Positions 38,181-53,441 of a stretch of 64,000 bases of DNA are shown here, one piece after another. The stretch's first letter is position 1. Each line of letters starts with the position of its first letter. The translations under genes were made by a program, and so were the position numbers. Below the pieces are notes generated by a model. That model saw only the letters and a program-made list of their open reading frames with translations, was not told the DNA's origin and ran no database searches. Source of the stretch: Eledone cirrhosa (taxonomy: Eukaryota). The stretch is from assembly GCA_964016885.1 (NCBI GenBank), contig OZ024740.1, positions 234,112,001 through 234,176,000 on the forward strand, written 5' to 3'.

Positions 38181-39545
38181 AAGGGCGGTGCCTCAGCATG
38201 GTCTCAGTCGGATGGCTGGAGCAGGTAAAAGAGTATAAGAGTATAAGACCAGGTAAAGAGTATAAGAGCAGGTAAAAGAGTATAAGAGCAAGTAAAAGAG
38301 TATAAGATCAGGTAAAAGAGTAAAAGAGTATAAGACCAGGTAAAGAGTATAAGAGCCGGTAAAAGAGTAAAAGACCAGGTAAAAGAGTATAAGAGTATAA
38401 GAGCAGGTATAAGATTATAAAGGGAAGGTAAAGAGTAAAAGACCAGGTAAAAGAGTATAAGAGCAGGTAAAAGAGTGAAAGAGTATAAGAGCAGGTAAAA
38501 GAGTAAAAGAGTATAAGAGCAGGTAAAAGAGTATAAGACCAGGTAAAAGAGTATAAGAGCAGGTAAAAGAGTATAAGACCAGGTAAAAGAGTATAAGAGC
38601 AGGTAAAAGAGTATAAGAGCAGGTAAAAGAGTATAAGAGCAGGTAAAATAGTATAAGAATATACGAGAAGGTAAAAGAGTATACGAGAAGGTAAAAGAGT
38701 ATAAGAACCGGTAAAAGAGTAAAAGATCAGGTAAAAGAGTATAAGAGTATAAGAGCAGGTAAAAGAGTAAAAGACCAGGTAAAAGAGTATAAGAGCAGGT
38801 AAAAGAGTATAAGAGCAGGTAAAACAGTATAAGAGCAGGTAAAAGAGTAAAAGAGTATACGAGAAGGTAAAAGAGTATACGAGAAGGTAAAAGAGTATAC
38901 GAGAAGGTAAAAGAGTATAAGAGCAGGTAAAAGCGTATAAGAGCAGGTAAAAGAGTAAAAGAGTATAAGACCAGGTAAAAGAGTATAAGAGCAGGTAAAA
39001 GAGTATAAGAGCAGGTAAAAGAGTAAAAGAGTAAAAGAGCAGGTAAAAGAGTATAAGAGCAGGTAAAAGAGTAAAAGATTATAAGACCAGGTAAAAGAGT
39101 ATAAGACCAGGTAAAAGAGTATACGTGCAGGTAAAAGATTAAAGAGTAAAAGAGCAGCTAAAAGAGTAAAAGAGTAAAAGAGCAGGTAAAAGAGTAAAAG
39201 AGTATAAGAGCAGGTAAAAGTGTAAAAGAGTAAAAGAGCAGGTAAAAGAGTAAAAGAGTAAAAGAGCAGGTAAAAGAGTAAAAGAGTAAAGGAGCAGGTA
39301 AAAGAGTAAAAGAGTATAAGAGCATGTAAAAGAGTATAACAGCAGGTAAAAGAGTATAAGACCAGCTAAAAGAGTATAAGAGCAGGTAAAAGAGTATAAG
39401 AGCAGGTAAAAGAGTATAAGACCAGGTAAAAGAGTATAAGACCAGCTAAAAGAGTATAAGAGCAGGTAAAAGAGTATAAGACCAGGTAAAAGAGTATAAG
39501 AGCAGGTAAAAGAGTATAAGAGCAGGTAAAAGAGTAAAAGAAACA
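38181..39545 (+). repeat. Retroposon 3' end expanded into a ~20-bp satellite (gagcaggtaaaagagtataa)
   Basis: Starts aagggcggtgcctcagcatggtctcagtcggatggctggagcaggtaaaaga; unexpanded homolog at 53558-53634(-). Confidence 0.88.
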
Positions 39546-39784
39546 GGAAGAGAAAAGGAGGTAGGGAGAAAGAGATGTGGAGCGTGGGAGTAAAAAGTAA
39601 AACAGTCTTAAAGACAGAGAAGACAATACAAAGAGTAAGTACGGAATGTGAGAGGTGGTGCCAGGTAGAAGAATAAAATGATTACTGCCAGGTCCTTACT
39701 AGGTTTTAAATAAAATAAACAACGAACATTATACAACGTATACATTCACACACAACACACATGCATACAAACACAAACACACAC

Positions 39785-39836
<52 letters not shown>

Positions 39837-39872
39837 CATGTGTGTGTGTATATATATGTGTGTATATATATA

Positions 39873-39916
<44 letters not shown>

Positions 39917-40000
39917 TATATACATACATATATATATATTTATATATATATACACATATATATATATACACATATTTATATATACATATATATATATTTA

Positions 40001-40132
<132 letters not shown>

Positions 40133-40142
40133 CATATATATA

Positions 40143-40183
<41 letters not shown>

Positions 40184-40252
40184 GTTTATATATATATATA
40201 TATATACACACATATATATATATACACATATATATATACATATATTTATATT

Positions 40253-40303
<51 letters not shown>

Positions 40304-40304
40304 A

Positions 40305-40394
<90 letters not shown>

Positions 40395-40404
40395 TATGTA
40401 TATA

Positions 40405-40438
<34 letters not shown>

Positions 40439-40771
40439 CGTGAATGTGTGTGTTTTATATGAAAAAAAAAGTATGGTGGTCGTTGTGGTGGCTGTGATGG
40501 TGGTGGTTGTGACGGTGGCGAAAGTAGGGGTAGAGTTGAGTGTGACCCATGGTTAGGATGGTGATAGTGGTGATGGTTGTGTTGAAAAAATATAGAAACA
40601 AAAGTTCCTTTTTTTCCTGAAAAATTGCAAGATCTTTTGAAATCACACATTTCGTGCCAACTACACTAAACTGAACAGTTAAGCAGCATGTGTAATGATT
40701 GGTCACTGTAAACAACAGCAAAGGTAGGGGTATTTGTACAAACCCGTTCATGTACTGTACTACCGAACGCC

Positions 40772-42585
40772 GGCACCACCACCACCACCACCACCACCAC
40801 CACCACCAACACCACCAACACCACGCCACAACCAACACCATAACCACAACCACCACTATCACCAGCGTGACCACCACCACCACCACCACCACCACCACCG
40901 CCACCACAACCAACACCACCACCACCACACCACAACCAACACCATAACCACAACCACCACTATCACCAGCGTGACCACCACCACCACCACCACCACCGCC
41001 ACCACCACCACCACACCACAACCAACACCATAACCACAACCACCACTATCACCAGTGTGGCCACCACCACTACCATCAAACCACCAACACCAACACCATA
41101 ACCACAACCACCACTATCACCAGCGTGACCACCACCAACACCACCATCTACCGCCACCACCGCCACAACCAACACCACCACCACCAACACCATAACCACA
41201 ACCACCACTATCACCAGCGTGACCACCACCACCACCACCACCACCACAACCACCGCCACAACCAACACCATAACCACAACCACCACTATCACGAGCGTGA
41301 CCACCACCACCACCATCGCCACCACCACCACCACCACAACAACAACCACCATAACCACTATCAACAGCGTGACCACCACCACCACCGCCAACACCACCAC
41401 CACCACACCACAACCACCACCATAACCACAACCACCACTATCACCAGCGTGACCACCACCACCACCACCACCACCACCACAACCAACACCACCAGCACCA
41501 ACACCATAACCACAACCAACACTATCACCAGCGTGACCACCACCACCACCACCACCACCAACAACAACAACACCACCATCATTATCACCACTACCACTCC
41601 AAATATCACAAATATTGCCCTTATTAACACCATGGCGGTGTATTGGCAGTATCGGTAGAGAGTCGGACGCCATACTTTGCAGCATAGAGTTTCGGCCCTT
41701 TATTGTCTCAGTTCAAATCCCGCTGAGGTTAACTTTGCCTTTCATCCTGACGGGGTCGATAAAATAAAAGTACCAGTAATGGACTGGTTAATTGTCGACC
41801 TTGTGCCAAAAGTAGAAATAATTATTAACACCATGGCAACGCCATTATAACCACCACCGCCACCACCATTCCAACCACCACCACTGTCCCCACCACCACC
41901 ACCACCTCCATTACCACCACCACAGTCACCACCACCACCACCACCACCATTACCACCACCACTGTCCCAACCACCACCACCATTACCACAACCACAGTCC
42001 CCACCACCACCACCACCACCACCACCATTACCACCACCACTGTCCCCAACATCACCACCACCACCATTACCACTGTCCCCACCACCACCACCATTACCAC
42101 CACCACTGTCTCCACCACCACCACCACCATTACCACCACCACTGTCCCCTACACCGCCACCACAGTCCCCACCACTACAGTCCCCACCACCACCATTACC
42201 ACCACCACTGTCCCCACCACAACCACCACCACCATTACCACCACCACTATCCCCACCACCACCACCATTACCACCACCACTGTCCCCACCACACCACACC
42301 ACCATTATCACCACCACTGTCCCCACCACCACCACCACCACTATTAGCACCACCACTGTCCCCACCACCACCACACCACCATTACCACCACCACTGTCCC
42401 CACCACCACCACCACCACCACTGTCCTCACCACCACCACCACCACCATTACTACCACCACTGTCCCCACCACCACCACCATTACCACCACCACTCACCAC
42501 CACCACTCACCACACTACCATTACCACCACCACTGTCCCCACCACCACCATTACCACCACCACTGTCCCCACCACCACATTACAC
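40772..42585. repeat. (ACC)n-derived complex repeat, interrupted by a SINE family 1 copy at ~41634-41823
   Basis: Recurring unit accaacaccataaccacaaccaccactatcaccagcgtg(acc)n left of the SINE and ccattaccaccaccactgtcc(cca)n right of it; SINE TSD ttattaacaccatggc. Confidence 0.9.
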
Positions 42586-42799
42586 CGGATGGTTGGCTGG
42601 AAGAATAAACTTCCAAATAATTTACACGCAGTGTCATTCCTTATAGAGGGCAGTGGAGGAGACCTTGATATGACGGGGGGAGTGTATGGGAAGTTAACTG
42701 ATCGTAATCATCACACACACACGCGCGCGCGCACGCACACAAACGCACCCACATACACACACACACACGCACGCAAACACACACACACACGCACGCACG

Positions 42800-43700
42800 C
42801 ACGCACGCACATACACACACACATATACACATACACAGACGCACACATACTCATACAAAAACATGCATGCACACACATCCATAAAAACATACAATTATAC
42901 ATGCACACATATAAAATGACAGGTATTAATACACACACACACACACGCACACACACATACACACATACGCACAAACATATATGCACAGACGCACACATAC
43001 TCATACAAAACATACATGCACACACATCCATAAACACATACAATTTCAATGCACACACATAAAAGCACAGGTTTTAATACACACACATACGCACACACAT
43101 ATACACACACACACATATGCACAGACACACACATACCCTCTCAAAAACATACATGCACACACATCCATAAACACATACAATTATCAATGCACACACATAA
43201 AAGCACAGGTATTAATACACACACATACACACACACACACATAAACACACAAACACATATGCACAGACATATACATACCCGCTCAAAAACATACATGCAC
43301 ACACATCCATAAACACATACAATTATCAATGCACACACATAAAAGCACAGGTATTAATACACACACATACACACACACACACACATAAACACACACACAC
43401 ACACAAACACATATGCACAGACATATACATACCCGCTCAAAAACATACATGCACACACATCCATAAACACATACAATTATCAATGCACACACATAAAAAC
43501 ACAGGTATTAATACACACACATACACACACACATAAACACACACACAAACACATATGCACAGACATATACATACCCGCACAAAAACATACATGCACACAC
43601 ATCCATAAACACATACAATTATCAATGCACACACATAAAAACACACACACAGACACACACGCATACACACATTTACACACACACACACACAACCATACAC
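42800..43700. repeat. CA-rich tandem repeat, ~125-155-bp unit, ~6 copies
   Basis: Recurring aaaacatacatgcacacacatccataaacacatacaattatcaatgcacacacataaaagcacaggtattaat. Confidence 0.85.
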
Positions 43701-43899
43701 ATGCGGATGCAATAAATTTATTCATACCTCATCGTCCTTCACGCGGGATAACAGGGGACGTGTTCAGGATTTAGGTAGAGAGGGCCTATTCGTAAATTAT
43801 ATTGCACCTTCCTTCCGGCGTTGTGAGCCCTGGCGATGGTCCTGCGACCTGACCTGGGAACCATGTGATGGACGCCACAAATGTTGCATATCCCGAGAC

Positions 43900-45410
43900 C
43901 CTAAAAAGGGTCCAGAAGGGAGCAAATCTGAATTGGTAACTAGAACGTTACAACTTTACAGGTAAGAAGCAAGAACTAGAAGAGGAGGCTAGATGCTACC
44001 AGCTAGATATAGTCGAGGTTTCCTCAATAAAGTTCCGTGGCTCTGGTATTGTAGATTTGGATGGAGTATGGAAACTGTACTATTCACGCGTGGTGTCAGA
44101 AATGACTGCACAGGTTGGAGTGGGAATACTCACAAGCTTTCGGCTGTCAGAATGTTTTAAAGACTGGATCCCATTGGTAGGAAGGATTTGCCTCTTGAAA
44201 CTTAGGCTGAGAGAATGTTCACTGTCAGTGGGGCTAGTTTAAGCACCAGACGGAAAGATCAAATACAGATCCTTCCTTGTTGAAGTCACTACAGAGTTAG
44301 ATGTAGTTAAGACTGAATCATATATCGCAATGCGAGACTTCAATGCATACATTGGCACTGACCACCTGACATGGAAAGGACTGATTGAAAGGAATGGCGA
44401 TGCAGATCTAAATATGAATGGAAAGGTTTTTTTTCGTTCTAGTAATACACATGGTATAAGGGGAATCAGGAACAGAGATCAATAATTGACTTAGTTATTG
44501 TCTCCGATCTCTTTGAATCTGTACCGGATGTTTGTGTTAAGAGGGCTTGTGTTAAGAGGGCTTGGTTGCCAAATGATCGCCATCTATTTATTTGAAACCC
44601 GAAACAACCTAAAGCTCTGAACACCAACAAAACAGGCAGGTCCAACTGGACCTACAGGATAAAGTGGTAAGCTGTTAAGGTCAGAATGAGGTATGTGGAT
44701 ACTATTGCATACAAATTCAGAGAATTCCTTGAACAAAGTGAGAACGTCGAAATGGTACGGAGATTGTTCAGCTCGAAAGTCTCTTCTTCAGCTGTTAAAT
44801 GTTGCGGGTGAAGTGGTTTGGTGAGGTGCCGAGATGTAGCAAGACCTATTGGTTCAATCAGGAAGTTAAAGATTCCATCCGAAAAAGGAAAAAGACTTAC
44901 AAAGCTTGGCTTGGAAATAAGTCTTCCATCTTGCACTTGCGGTACAAGTAGGTGTGAAAACGTCGTAGCAGAGACAGTAAAGGCGTCCAAAGTTAAGACA
45001 TGAGAGGACTTTGAGGTTAAGTTGGAATTAGACTTTAGATCAGCAAATAAAGTATTCTGGTAGACCAACCAGCAACTTCGTAATAAGTGGTCCTCCTCAA
45101 CACCTACTACCAAGAACGCGTCTGGGAGTCTTCTTCTCTTCGGAGAGGTGTATCCTCGCGATGTGGAGAGTATACTTTCCTGATCTCCTAAAGACGGCCA
45201 CAACATTTTCTGAGATACATGAGGTGCAGCTAAGAGCGATGACTAACCTCTCTGGCGCTGAGGTCACCATAGTAATTAAAAGCTCAAAGGTGGCAAGACT
45301 TCTAGGGTGGATGAACTTCGACCTGAGATGTTAAAAGTCTTGAATAGAGAAAGTATTCTTTGGCTGATTCATGTGTGCCTGATGGCCTGGATATCTAGAA
45401 AGACATATGC
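43900..45410 (+). pseudogene. Decayed RTE-clade LINE (APE endonuclease to start of RT)
   Basis: Fragments resembling G.WNVT.L.GK.QEL.EEA..YQLDIV, AQVGVGILTS, DFNAYIG.D..TWKG.I, SIID.VIVS, DELRPEMLKVLN; multiple stops. Confidence 0.7.
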
Positions 45411-45434
45411 AAAGGCAATCAGAATTGATAATCC

Positions 45435-46225
45435 CTTCTTCTTTCCCACTTATTCCTGGGAGGGTCGTGGGGGAAGAATCCTCAGACACGCCTTCCTTCC
45501 AATGGGTTCTGTCACATGTTCCAGCTGGATTCCCAAACGATTCCAGCTGAGCTCATTGATGTTATCCCACACTACGTTTGAGTCTCCTGTCAGTTGGTTT
45601 ATCCCGTATAATCTGTCTAGTGATTCTTTCCTTAGACATTCTGAACACATATCTGCAGTATGGGAGTTAAAATCTCTCAACTCGGAGAAACAGCAGCTCT
45701 ATCTGTAGTGACTCCCTGATCCCCGAGCTTTGCACTGTATGGAGTAAAACTACACCAAAGACCTTTCGGAGGAACCCCATTTCAGCCGCTTGTATTTGGG
45801 GTCGTATTCTTTCGGTCATTATCCAGTAAGGGTTGGCACGAATAGCGAATTAAAGATAGCGAGTTTGACTTTTATATTTATCTCCCTTCTGATTACTGAA
45901 TGCTGAAGCTGGTGCATTACTGCACCAGCACCTGCAATTCTTGCACATAATTCAGCCTCCTGCCTCCCAACACTCGTGAATACAGCTCCGAAATACTTCA
46001 GTGTTTCTCTTTCTGCTTCAGTGGCACTCCACTCACATGTAGAGTACACTGTGAAAGCTTCCTTGAGAAAATGAGTGTCTCAGGTTTCGGAGCACTGATT
46101 TTCAATGCTGCTCTACAGCTCTCAGCAGCAAACCTATCAAGTGCATATCGGAAATCATCTTCCGACACGTTAAGTAATACCATGTCGTTTGCATGTCGTT
46201 CCAGCCGGCTGATCCTACAGTCATA
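45435..46225 (-). pseudogene. Decayed RTE-clade LINE 3' end (RT C-terminus)
   Basis: ANDMVLL...ALDRFAAE...LKISAPK.ET; KYFGAVFTS.GRQEAEL.ARI; KLAIFNSLFVPTLT. A related plus-strand RT piece (FADDLVLL) lies at 46780-47000. Confidence 0.72.
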
Positions 46226-46571
46226 ATCCCAATTTTCAAAAAGGGAGACAAGAGAAATTACTTCAATTATAGAGGAATCGTCTTGTTAAGCCTCCCCGGT
46301 AAAATCCGTGCTAAGTGACTGTCAAAGAAATGTAGGTATATTATCGTGTCCAAGATAGTTGAGAGTATTGTTTTCGCCCCGGACGCAGAACAGCTAACCT
46401 AATATTACCACTGCGGCAGTGAGAGTATTGCCAAGTGGTGTATCCTTGTTTTGTAGACCGCGAAAAGGCACATGGCCCTGTTCCACGGGACCTGTTGTAG
46501 AAGCTTCTGCAGAAGTGTTTGGATTGATGGACAGCTTCTTGTTGCCTTGAAGTCTCTATACGAATACCCTC

Positions 46572-46780
46572 TTATTTGTATTAATGCTGTTAAATTATTT
46601 GTGTTAATGCTGTTAAATTATTTGTGTTAATGCTGTTAAATTATTTGTGTTAATGCTGTTAAATTATTTGTGTTAATGCTGTTAAATTATTTGTGTTAAT
46701 GCTGTTAAATTATTTGTGTTAATGCTGTTAAATTATTTGTGTTAATGCTGTTAAATTATTTGTGTTAATGCTGTTAAATT
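46572..46780. repeat. 23-bp minisatellite, ~9 copies
   Basis: ttatttgtgttaatgctgttaaa. Confidence 0.95.
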
Positions 46781-47608
46781 GAAATCATTCAATGTGGATG
46801 ATGGATGCGCACCTCTCCTGTCCACAATCTTTATAAACAGGATTGACATGCGCAACTGGGTTGGAAGTGGTATCAAGAATGGCGAATGTAGGATCAGTCG
46901 TTTTGAATTTGCAGACGACTTGGTACTACTTAAGTCATCGGAAGGTGATCTCCGACATACAGCTGATAGGTTTGTTGCCGTGATCTATAAGACAGGTGTA
47001 TACTCTACTGCAGGGGTCGGCAACCATTTGGGCGTGTGCGGGCGACATTGTTATGCAGTGTCTCGTCGGCGGGACACATAGCTATACAATGTCTCGTCGG
47101 CGGGCAACATAGCTATGCATTGACTCGTCGGCGAGCCATGATATCAAAATATAATAAATTTGCTTGACCTCAGACTGCTCTGCCCAGAAGGCTACCTTAA
47201 TCCCGGGATTTAAAGAAGAACAAGGTATTTCATGTGATATTACTTTAATGACATTCCTTACTACAAATAAAATACAGACAGAAATGGTAAATTGTTTAAT
47301 GAGATATTTCTTTTTGCCTGTCGTTGGATAGCTTCTCTACATCAGGCGAAATATTTGTCGATGATAGGAGTAGCACATCGTCCAGATGGGCATCACACAG
47401 CATTGTCCTTAAACGATTTTTGGTATGCTTCATTCTATTAAGTCAATCGTTCATACGCGTACATCTACACTACTGACAGAAATATCTAATAACACTTGAA
47501 CCTTCCTCTGTATCTATACAACAGACATGCAGTTAAACACTCGTACATAATCAGTCAACCATAGATATAGATCTACAAATTGTATATAAATAGATACTCC
47601 ACACATAG

Positions 47609-47695
<87 letters not shown>

Positions 47696-48306
47696 TGGGT
47701 GTGTGCGTGCACATATCAATTACTACCTCTTATATAGGCACGCACACTGACAAACATAAAGACAAAGTAATACACTAACACACGCAACCACTCACTCACC
47801 TGTAAAGCTGAATGTTTATATATAAACAGTTTCATATTGCAAGGCTTAAACAAGCTTTTGTGACCTTAATGTGTTGTTTTCGGATAAATAATGATTTAGA
47901 GGTATTCCTTTTACTGACTTGTTTGTCTACTATAGAAACACACATTGAGATCTTTACAAATACATTTGCCAATAATCTGTTGTTTGTTAGAATGATGAAG
48001 TGTAAATTCCGCTGTTTGAATTTAGAAATCTCAAACAAATTAAAACTGTAACATCAAATTAACAACAAAATCAATTAAAGTTACAATAACAATACAAAAA
48101 AACAACAGCAGCAATATTATGACAGCTATAACAACTGTGATGACTCAGTTTTTCCCTTCTTTGAAGATGGTAAAGAGTAATTTGACAATAAGGAGTAAAA
48201 GACAAAGAAAATGACAAAAAATTGGTATGCAAATTATCTTGGAGAACGCTAGGTATATGCCGTGTACAATAACAATACAGTTAGAATTTGTAAATTTCCG
48301 AACAGA

Positions 48307-48408
<102 letters not shown>

Positions 48409-49009
48409 TAGCTCACACCTATGCAGGTTTAGCTGGCCTCCTCCAAGGTGTATCTCGTTGGAGGTGTCTTGGGTGATTTAATGATAGTCCTACCATCTCA
48501 TTTCTACAGCTGAGTAAACTGGAGCAACGTGAAACAAAGTGTCTTGCTCAAGGAAACAACACATCACGATTGCAAGCCCAATGCTCTAACCACTAAGCCA
48601 TGCGCCTTCACGGAATACTAAGAGGTTATGTGGTTTCACTCCCTCTATTTAAACTATATTTACATGACATCTTAACAAAACACACATAAGAGCCAACGAG
48701 ACGGCAAAATTTTATCAAATCACGCCCAACCTCCTTTTAAAAAGTAGGAAGAGGACACATTGGATAGTGTAATCGTAAACACCCATATAAAAAGATGATG
48801 ACCATGGCTGGACAGCATTTTATCCTAAATCTAGTCAATTAAAGTTAACCGGGGCCTAAACAGTATCATATACACAGGCTTATATGCAGTTAAACCAGCA
48901 GCTCAGTTCCTCCACTATATCACCAACACCGTTTTACAAAACTCATTGGTCTTCTAGAAACGGGACACCAGACAACTCGAGCTACTCCATTCTTGCCAGC
49001 AACAAATAA

Positions 49010-49426
49010 TGAGTTCTTCTATAGGCACAAGGCCAGCAATTTTGGGAGCGAGGAAAGTCGGTTAAATCGACCCCAGTGCTTTATTGGTACTTTATTTTAT
49101 CGACCTCTTAAGGATGAAAGGCAAAGCTAACCTCGGTGGGATTTGAAATCAGAACGTAAAGGGCCGTAACTCTACGTTGCGATGCATGGTGTCCGACGCT
49201 CTACCAATACTGCCAATCTCCCGCCCTTACCGGTAACAAATAATTGTTTCTACTTTTGGCACAAGGCCAGCAAATACCCCAGTGTATTACTGGTACTTTA
49301 TTTTATCGACCCCGTAAGGATGAAAGGTAAAGTCAACCTCGGCGGGATTTGAACTCAGATCGTAAAGGGACGTAACTATGCTGGAAAGCATGGCGTCCGA
49401 CCCTCTACCGATACTGCCAATCCACC
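49010..49426 (-). mobile_element. Two tandem SINE family 1 copies
   Basis: ~49010-49228 and 49243-49426; the second is flanked by a gtaacaaataat direct repeat. Confidence 0.85.
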
Positions 49427-49499
49427 AGTAACAAATAATATTAGATATTTATAAGCTTCACAATCAGTATCATAAACATATCATCATCATCATTATCAT

Positions 49500-50320
49500 T
49501 TAGTGACCTTAGTCGAGACAGATCTCACAACTTCTGCACATATTTCGCGATCCTGCATTCCTACACCAAGGTCTCACACTTCACACCGGGATGACATATA
49601 AATGGGAGGATTACGACTTTTCTTATTTATCAGTTTTTCAAAGAACGAATGATGATACGAGCCTATTTTCTGCTCTAAAACTGTATCCAGCAAACTGTAC
49701 TCTACGTTGCTCCATTTTTGTGAGATCAATGTTGGATATGTTACACAAGACTTCTACTCCTACGTAGGATACAAAATATTTCATGGATTACATATCCAAA
49801 CCAAAATACATCAATACTAAGATTTACATACAACTCTTGTACGGCAATCACAGACATCTAATAGACTATAGAAAAATAAAATAACCCACAAGCATACTTA
49901 GAAAACTCAGTTATTTCATTACGTCATTTCTTCTCGTCACCATATTACTCTCCTCAACAAACTCAAAAAAACTATGACACAATGCAAAACACATAGATTA
50001 CACCCACGGACCAAGTACACAATGAAACCCTAACCTTCAAAATGAAAGACCACTTGGACATACCTACTGGATAATTTGTTGCTGCAGCAAACAACAGCCT
50101 TCATAATCCGTTTTACGCACCAGATAAACATTTGAGAAAACCATAAACAAACAAATAGCTGTAGCAACCTCATTAGCCTCAAATATACATCAACAGTTTA
50201 ATATGTAGTATAATCGATATAACATGTACTCACTGGTGTGTATAACGAAATTCGTAATATACGGAAAAATATTTGTATAACCATGTATTATAAAACTCAT
50301 TCAATGCGAAATACTGTTTT
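49500..50320 (+). pseudogene. Possible highly decayed Penelope-like RT remnant
   Basis: Scattered motifs in the expected order: LHRDDI (~49580), KPKYINTK (~49800), NH..SF-like (~50280). Weak. Confidence 0.4.
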
Positions 50321-50330
50321 TCTTGACATG

Positions 50331-50966
50331 TGTATTAGATAACTCACACATATATACTCAACTATACAGGTGTATTAGATAACTCACACATATATACTCA
50401 ACTATACAGGTGTATTAGATAACTCACACATATATACTCAACTATACAGGTGTATTAGATAACTCACACATATATACTCAACTATACAGGTGTATTAGAT
50501 AACTCACACATATATACTCAACTATACAGGTGTATTAGATAACTCACACATATATACTCAACTATACAGGTGTATTAGATAACTCACACATATATACTCA
50601 ACTATACAGGTGTATTAGATAACTCACACATATATACTCAACTATACAGGTGTATTAGATAACTCACACATATATACTCAACTATACAGGTGTATTAGAT
50701 AACTCACACATATATACTCAACTATACAGGTGTATTAGATAACTCACACATATATACTCAACTATACAGGTGTATTAGATAACTCACACATATATACTCA
50801 ACTATACAGGTGTATTAGATAACTCACACATATATACTCAACTATACATGTGTATTAGATAACTCACACATATATACTCAACTATACATGTGTATTAGAT
50901 AACTCACACATATATACTCAACTATACATGTGTATTAGATAACTCACACATATATACTCAACTATA
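50331..50966. repeat. 40-bp minisatellite, ~16 near-identical copies
   Basis: tgtattagataactcacacatatatactcaactataca(g/t)g; no spacers. Confidence 0.97.
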
Positions 50967-52904
50967 GCTAGCACTTGTAATATTGAATTGTGTTTCGCGT
51001 AATAGGATAATTCGTCTTTTCAAATAATGGCGGAACAGTGGTAAATTGCCACTTCACACAATACATGAATTCTCTGTTAAACGTACAGTATATCATACAA
51101 TGCATTACTATTCTGAGTTAAACATAATATAACACATACAATATGCTATACAATTTAATACTTCAGTGAAATACAATAAAATAATAGTTAAACAATATTG
51201 CGGGTTCGTAATATTGAGTTCTTACTTTGAAACAATGTCATAGAATTAATAAGAGGACGAGTGAGATTTTAGGGTGTTCCCTCTTTTCTCCTGATTATTA
51301 GTCACATAAAAATGTTGTGTAACATTTGGGGATTGTCGTTTTGCCAATTTTACCAATAAAATCACACGTACTATTCGATATTCACTTCAAATATAACAAT
51401 ATAACAATATATATTGTTGCATAATATATGCAGACAATAGATACTGTACGCTCTCTTGCTGCATTAAGTGTGGCCGAAACTCGAGTGTGGGTATAAATTT
51501 ATGGTACCCATTTACGTGTGTTGTATTGAGGCAAATAACTTTGTGTCTACTCTGGGATTTATGCATAACCTTACCTATTGAGTACGCTGAGATGCAACCG
51601 GTACTAGCAGGGAAACCTTATGCTAGTTCCGTCAACTTCTTTGGCCCCCTCTGTTAGTTACACTTTCTCTCGACTGACCGCTTCCTCGCACTTCCACTCA
51701 CTCACTCTCTGTTTCTCCCCTTCTCACTTCCTCCCGTTTGGCTTACAGTGGGTCTCTTCTTGCTTACATCTCACTCACGTCGGACTGTCTGTACCTTTCG
51801 CTCATGAAATCCACCCAGCTTATGCCGACCAGGACAACCATGTTGCTTGTTTTTTTCCTTTCTGTGGTTTGCTTTTATCCTTCTATGTTGTTCACTTGTT
51901 CCCCTCGCTTTACTCGATTTACTGGTCCCAATAACTGTTTTTAGTTATTGCTCGCACCAACCTGAGGTATATGATTTTTAATGCGATGAAATACCAATGA
52001 TGGTTGGAAAATCACTGACGAAGGACTATTTTTATCATATGTAACCCATGTGCAACCACGCAGTATTCTTCTTTCTTCTGATGTTTTATATATATATATA
52101 TACTACCAAAATTAGATTAAAGACGCCTTGTATGAGAATATCAGAAGCATGCGCCATATCACCTGTGGAATAAGCTCAAAGTTTTCAAGTAGTAAATCCG
52201 AGTATTTATTAACATTAAATTAAAAGTCGAATGACATATATATAAAATAAATACATCTAACAATTACAGGGGATAATTTGTAAAGAGTGTAAATTCACAT
52301 AGTTACACGGAGGTAACATATTAAAACATAACAAGGACCTTAAATATAGATACCTTGTTCTTAAATAAACGAAAGTATTTCTGTCACATTTGTGCCTATT
52401 CACTATACCGTTGTTTCGATAAAGTCATCTTTTAATATAACCGTTTTATGTTAGCCATTTTTTAAGTAGAGTTTTGGATATTTTTGGTATTGCTCTGTGA
52501 GATCTCGTTTCTGTGAGATTACTTCTAACCAAAGACATTCTTTTTTTTAATTTCAATGTAGAAACCTATTCCCGAGTTTGAGATTCGTGTTTGATATTTG
52601 TCAGAGTTAACAGCCTACACCAGTGTAATTTTCTACTCTGTCCGAGTCTATAACCAACCAACAACCACCCTTTCTAGCCAATCAATCAACCAACCAAGGT
52701 TTCCAGTCTCTATATTACCTCTAAACCAACATAAAATCTTCGATCAATACTTTATCAACAAATATACATAACAAAGTTATACAGCGACAACACGGCTTTA
52801 GATAAGCTATACTAGTTCCTACCTTTTCAAATTTAGAAAAGAAAACCGTTAATTTTCCGAGACGTTATAGAAATAAATGTAATTTTGATGTCTCTCCCAG
52901 GGAC

Positions 52905-53090
52905 ATTATTGGCAGTATGGGTAGAGGGTCGGACGCCATGCTTTGCAGCATAGAGTTATGGTCCTTTTCGGTTTGAGTTCAAATCCCGCTAAGATTAACT
53001 TTGCCTTTCATCCCTACGGGGTCGATAAAATAAAGTACCAGTAATGCACTGGGATAATTGCAGGCCCTGTGCCAAAAGTAGAAACAATTA
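52905..53090 (+). mobile_element. SINE family 1
   Basis: Same head, core and tail; further copies at 58295-58512 and 59448-59628. Confidence 0.85.
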
Positions 53091-53154
53091 ATTATGTAAA
53101 TAAAAATTTCAACAGGCAAATCAAACTTATCCGCCGACCTGACACCTATTACAA

Positions 53155-53441
53155 CAGAGGTTTTCAGAATTTTTGGGCCCTCTTATGGCCACGTAATACC
53201 CCCCGCCCCAATTTTCAGAGAGACCTGCCTACACGCAAATTGTAAATATATAATAAATAAAATCGTTAATTTATATATAATATATAATATATAATATAAT
53301 ATTTACTATGTATAAATAAATTTTTTTTTTTTTAAATATTACTATATTTATATATATATGTATCATCTGATATTTAATATACTATTATATAGTCTCTACC
53401 GCCTCCTGGACCTCCTCAACGCCCCACTTTCAGAACCTCTG
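53155..53441. mobile_element. Probable hAT-like MITE
   Basis: Termini cagaggtt / aacctctg; imperfect 8-bp flanks tattacaa / ctttacaa. Confidence 0.5.

Noticed and set aside
40455-42506. Thr-rich mucin-like and Gly-rich ORFs
   Set aside because: (ACC)n-derived repeat open in several frames on both strands; units change frame, a SINE interrupts it, and no convincing splice sites.
47794-48050. Strong minus-strand donor cag|gtgagt at 47800 as a distant first exon
   Set aside because: Single motif in unique-looking DNA; no coding or transcript evidence.
50331-50966. CRISPR-like periodicity (also 33921-34122 and 46572-46780)
   Set aside because: Head-to-tail repeats with no unique spacers, no cas genes, eukaryotic context.
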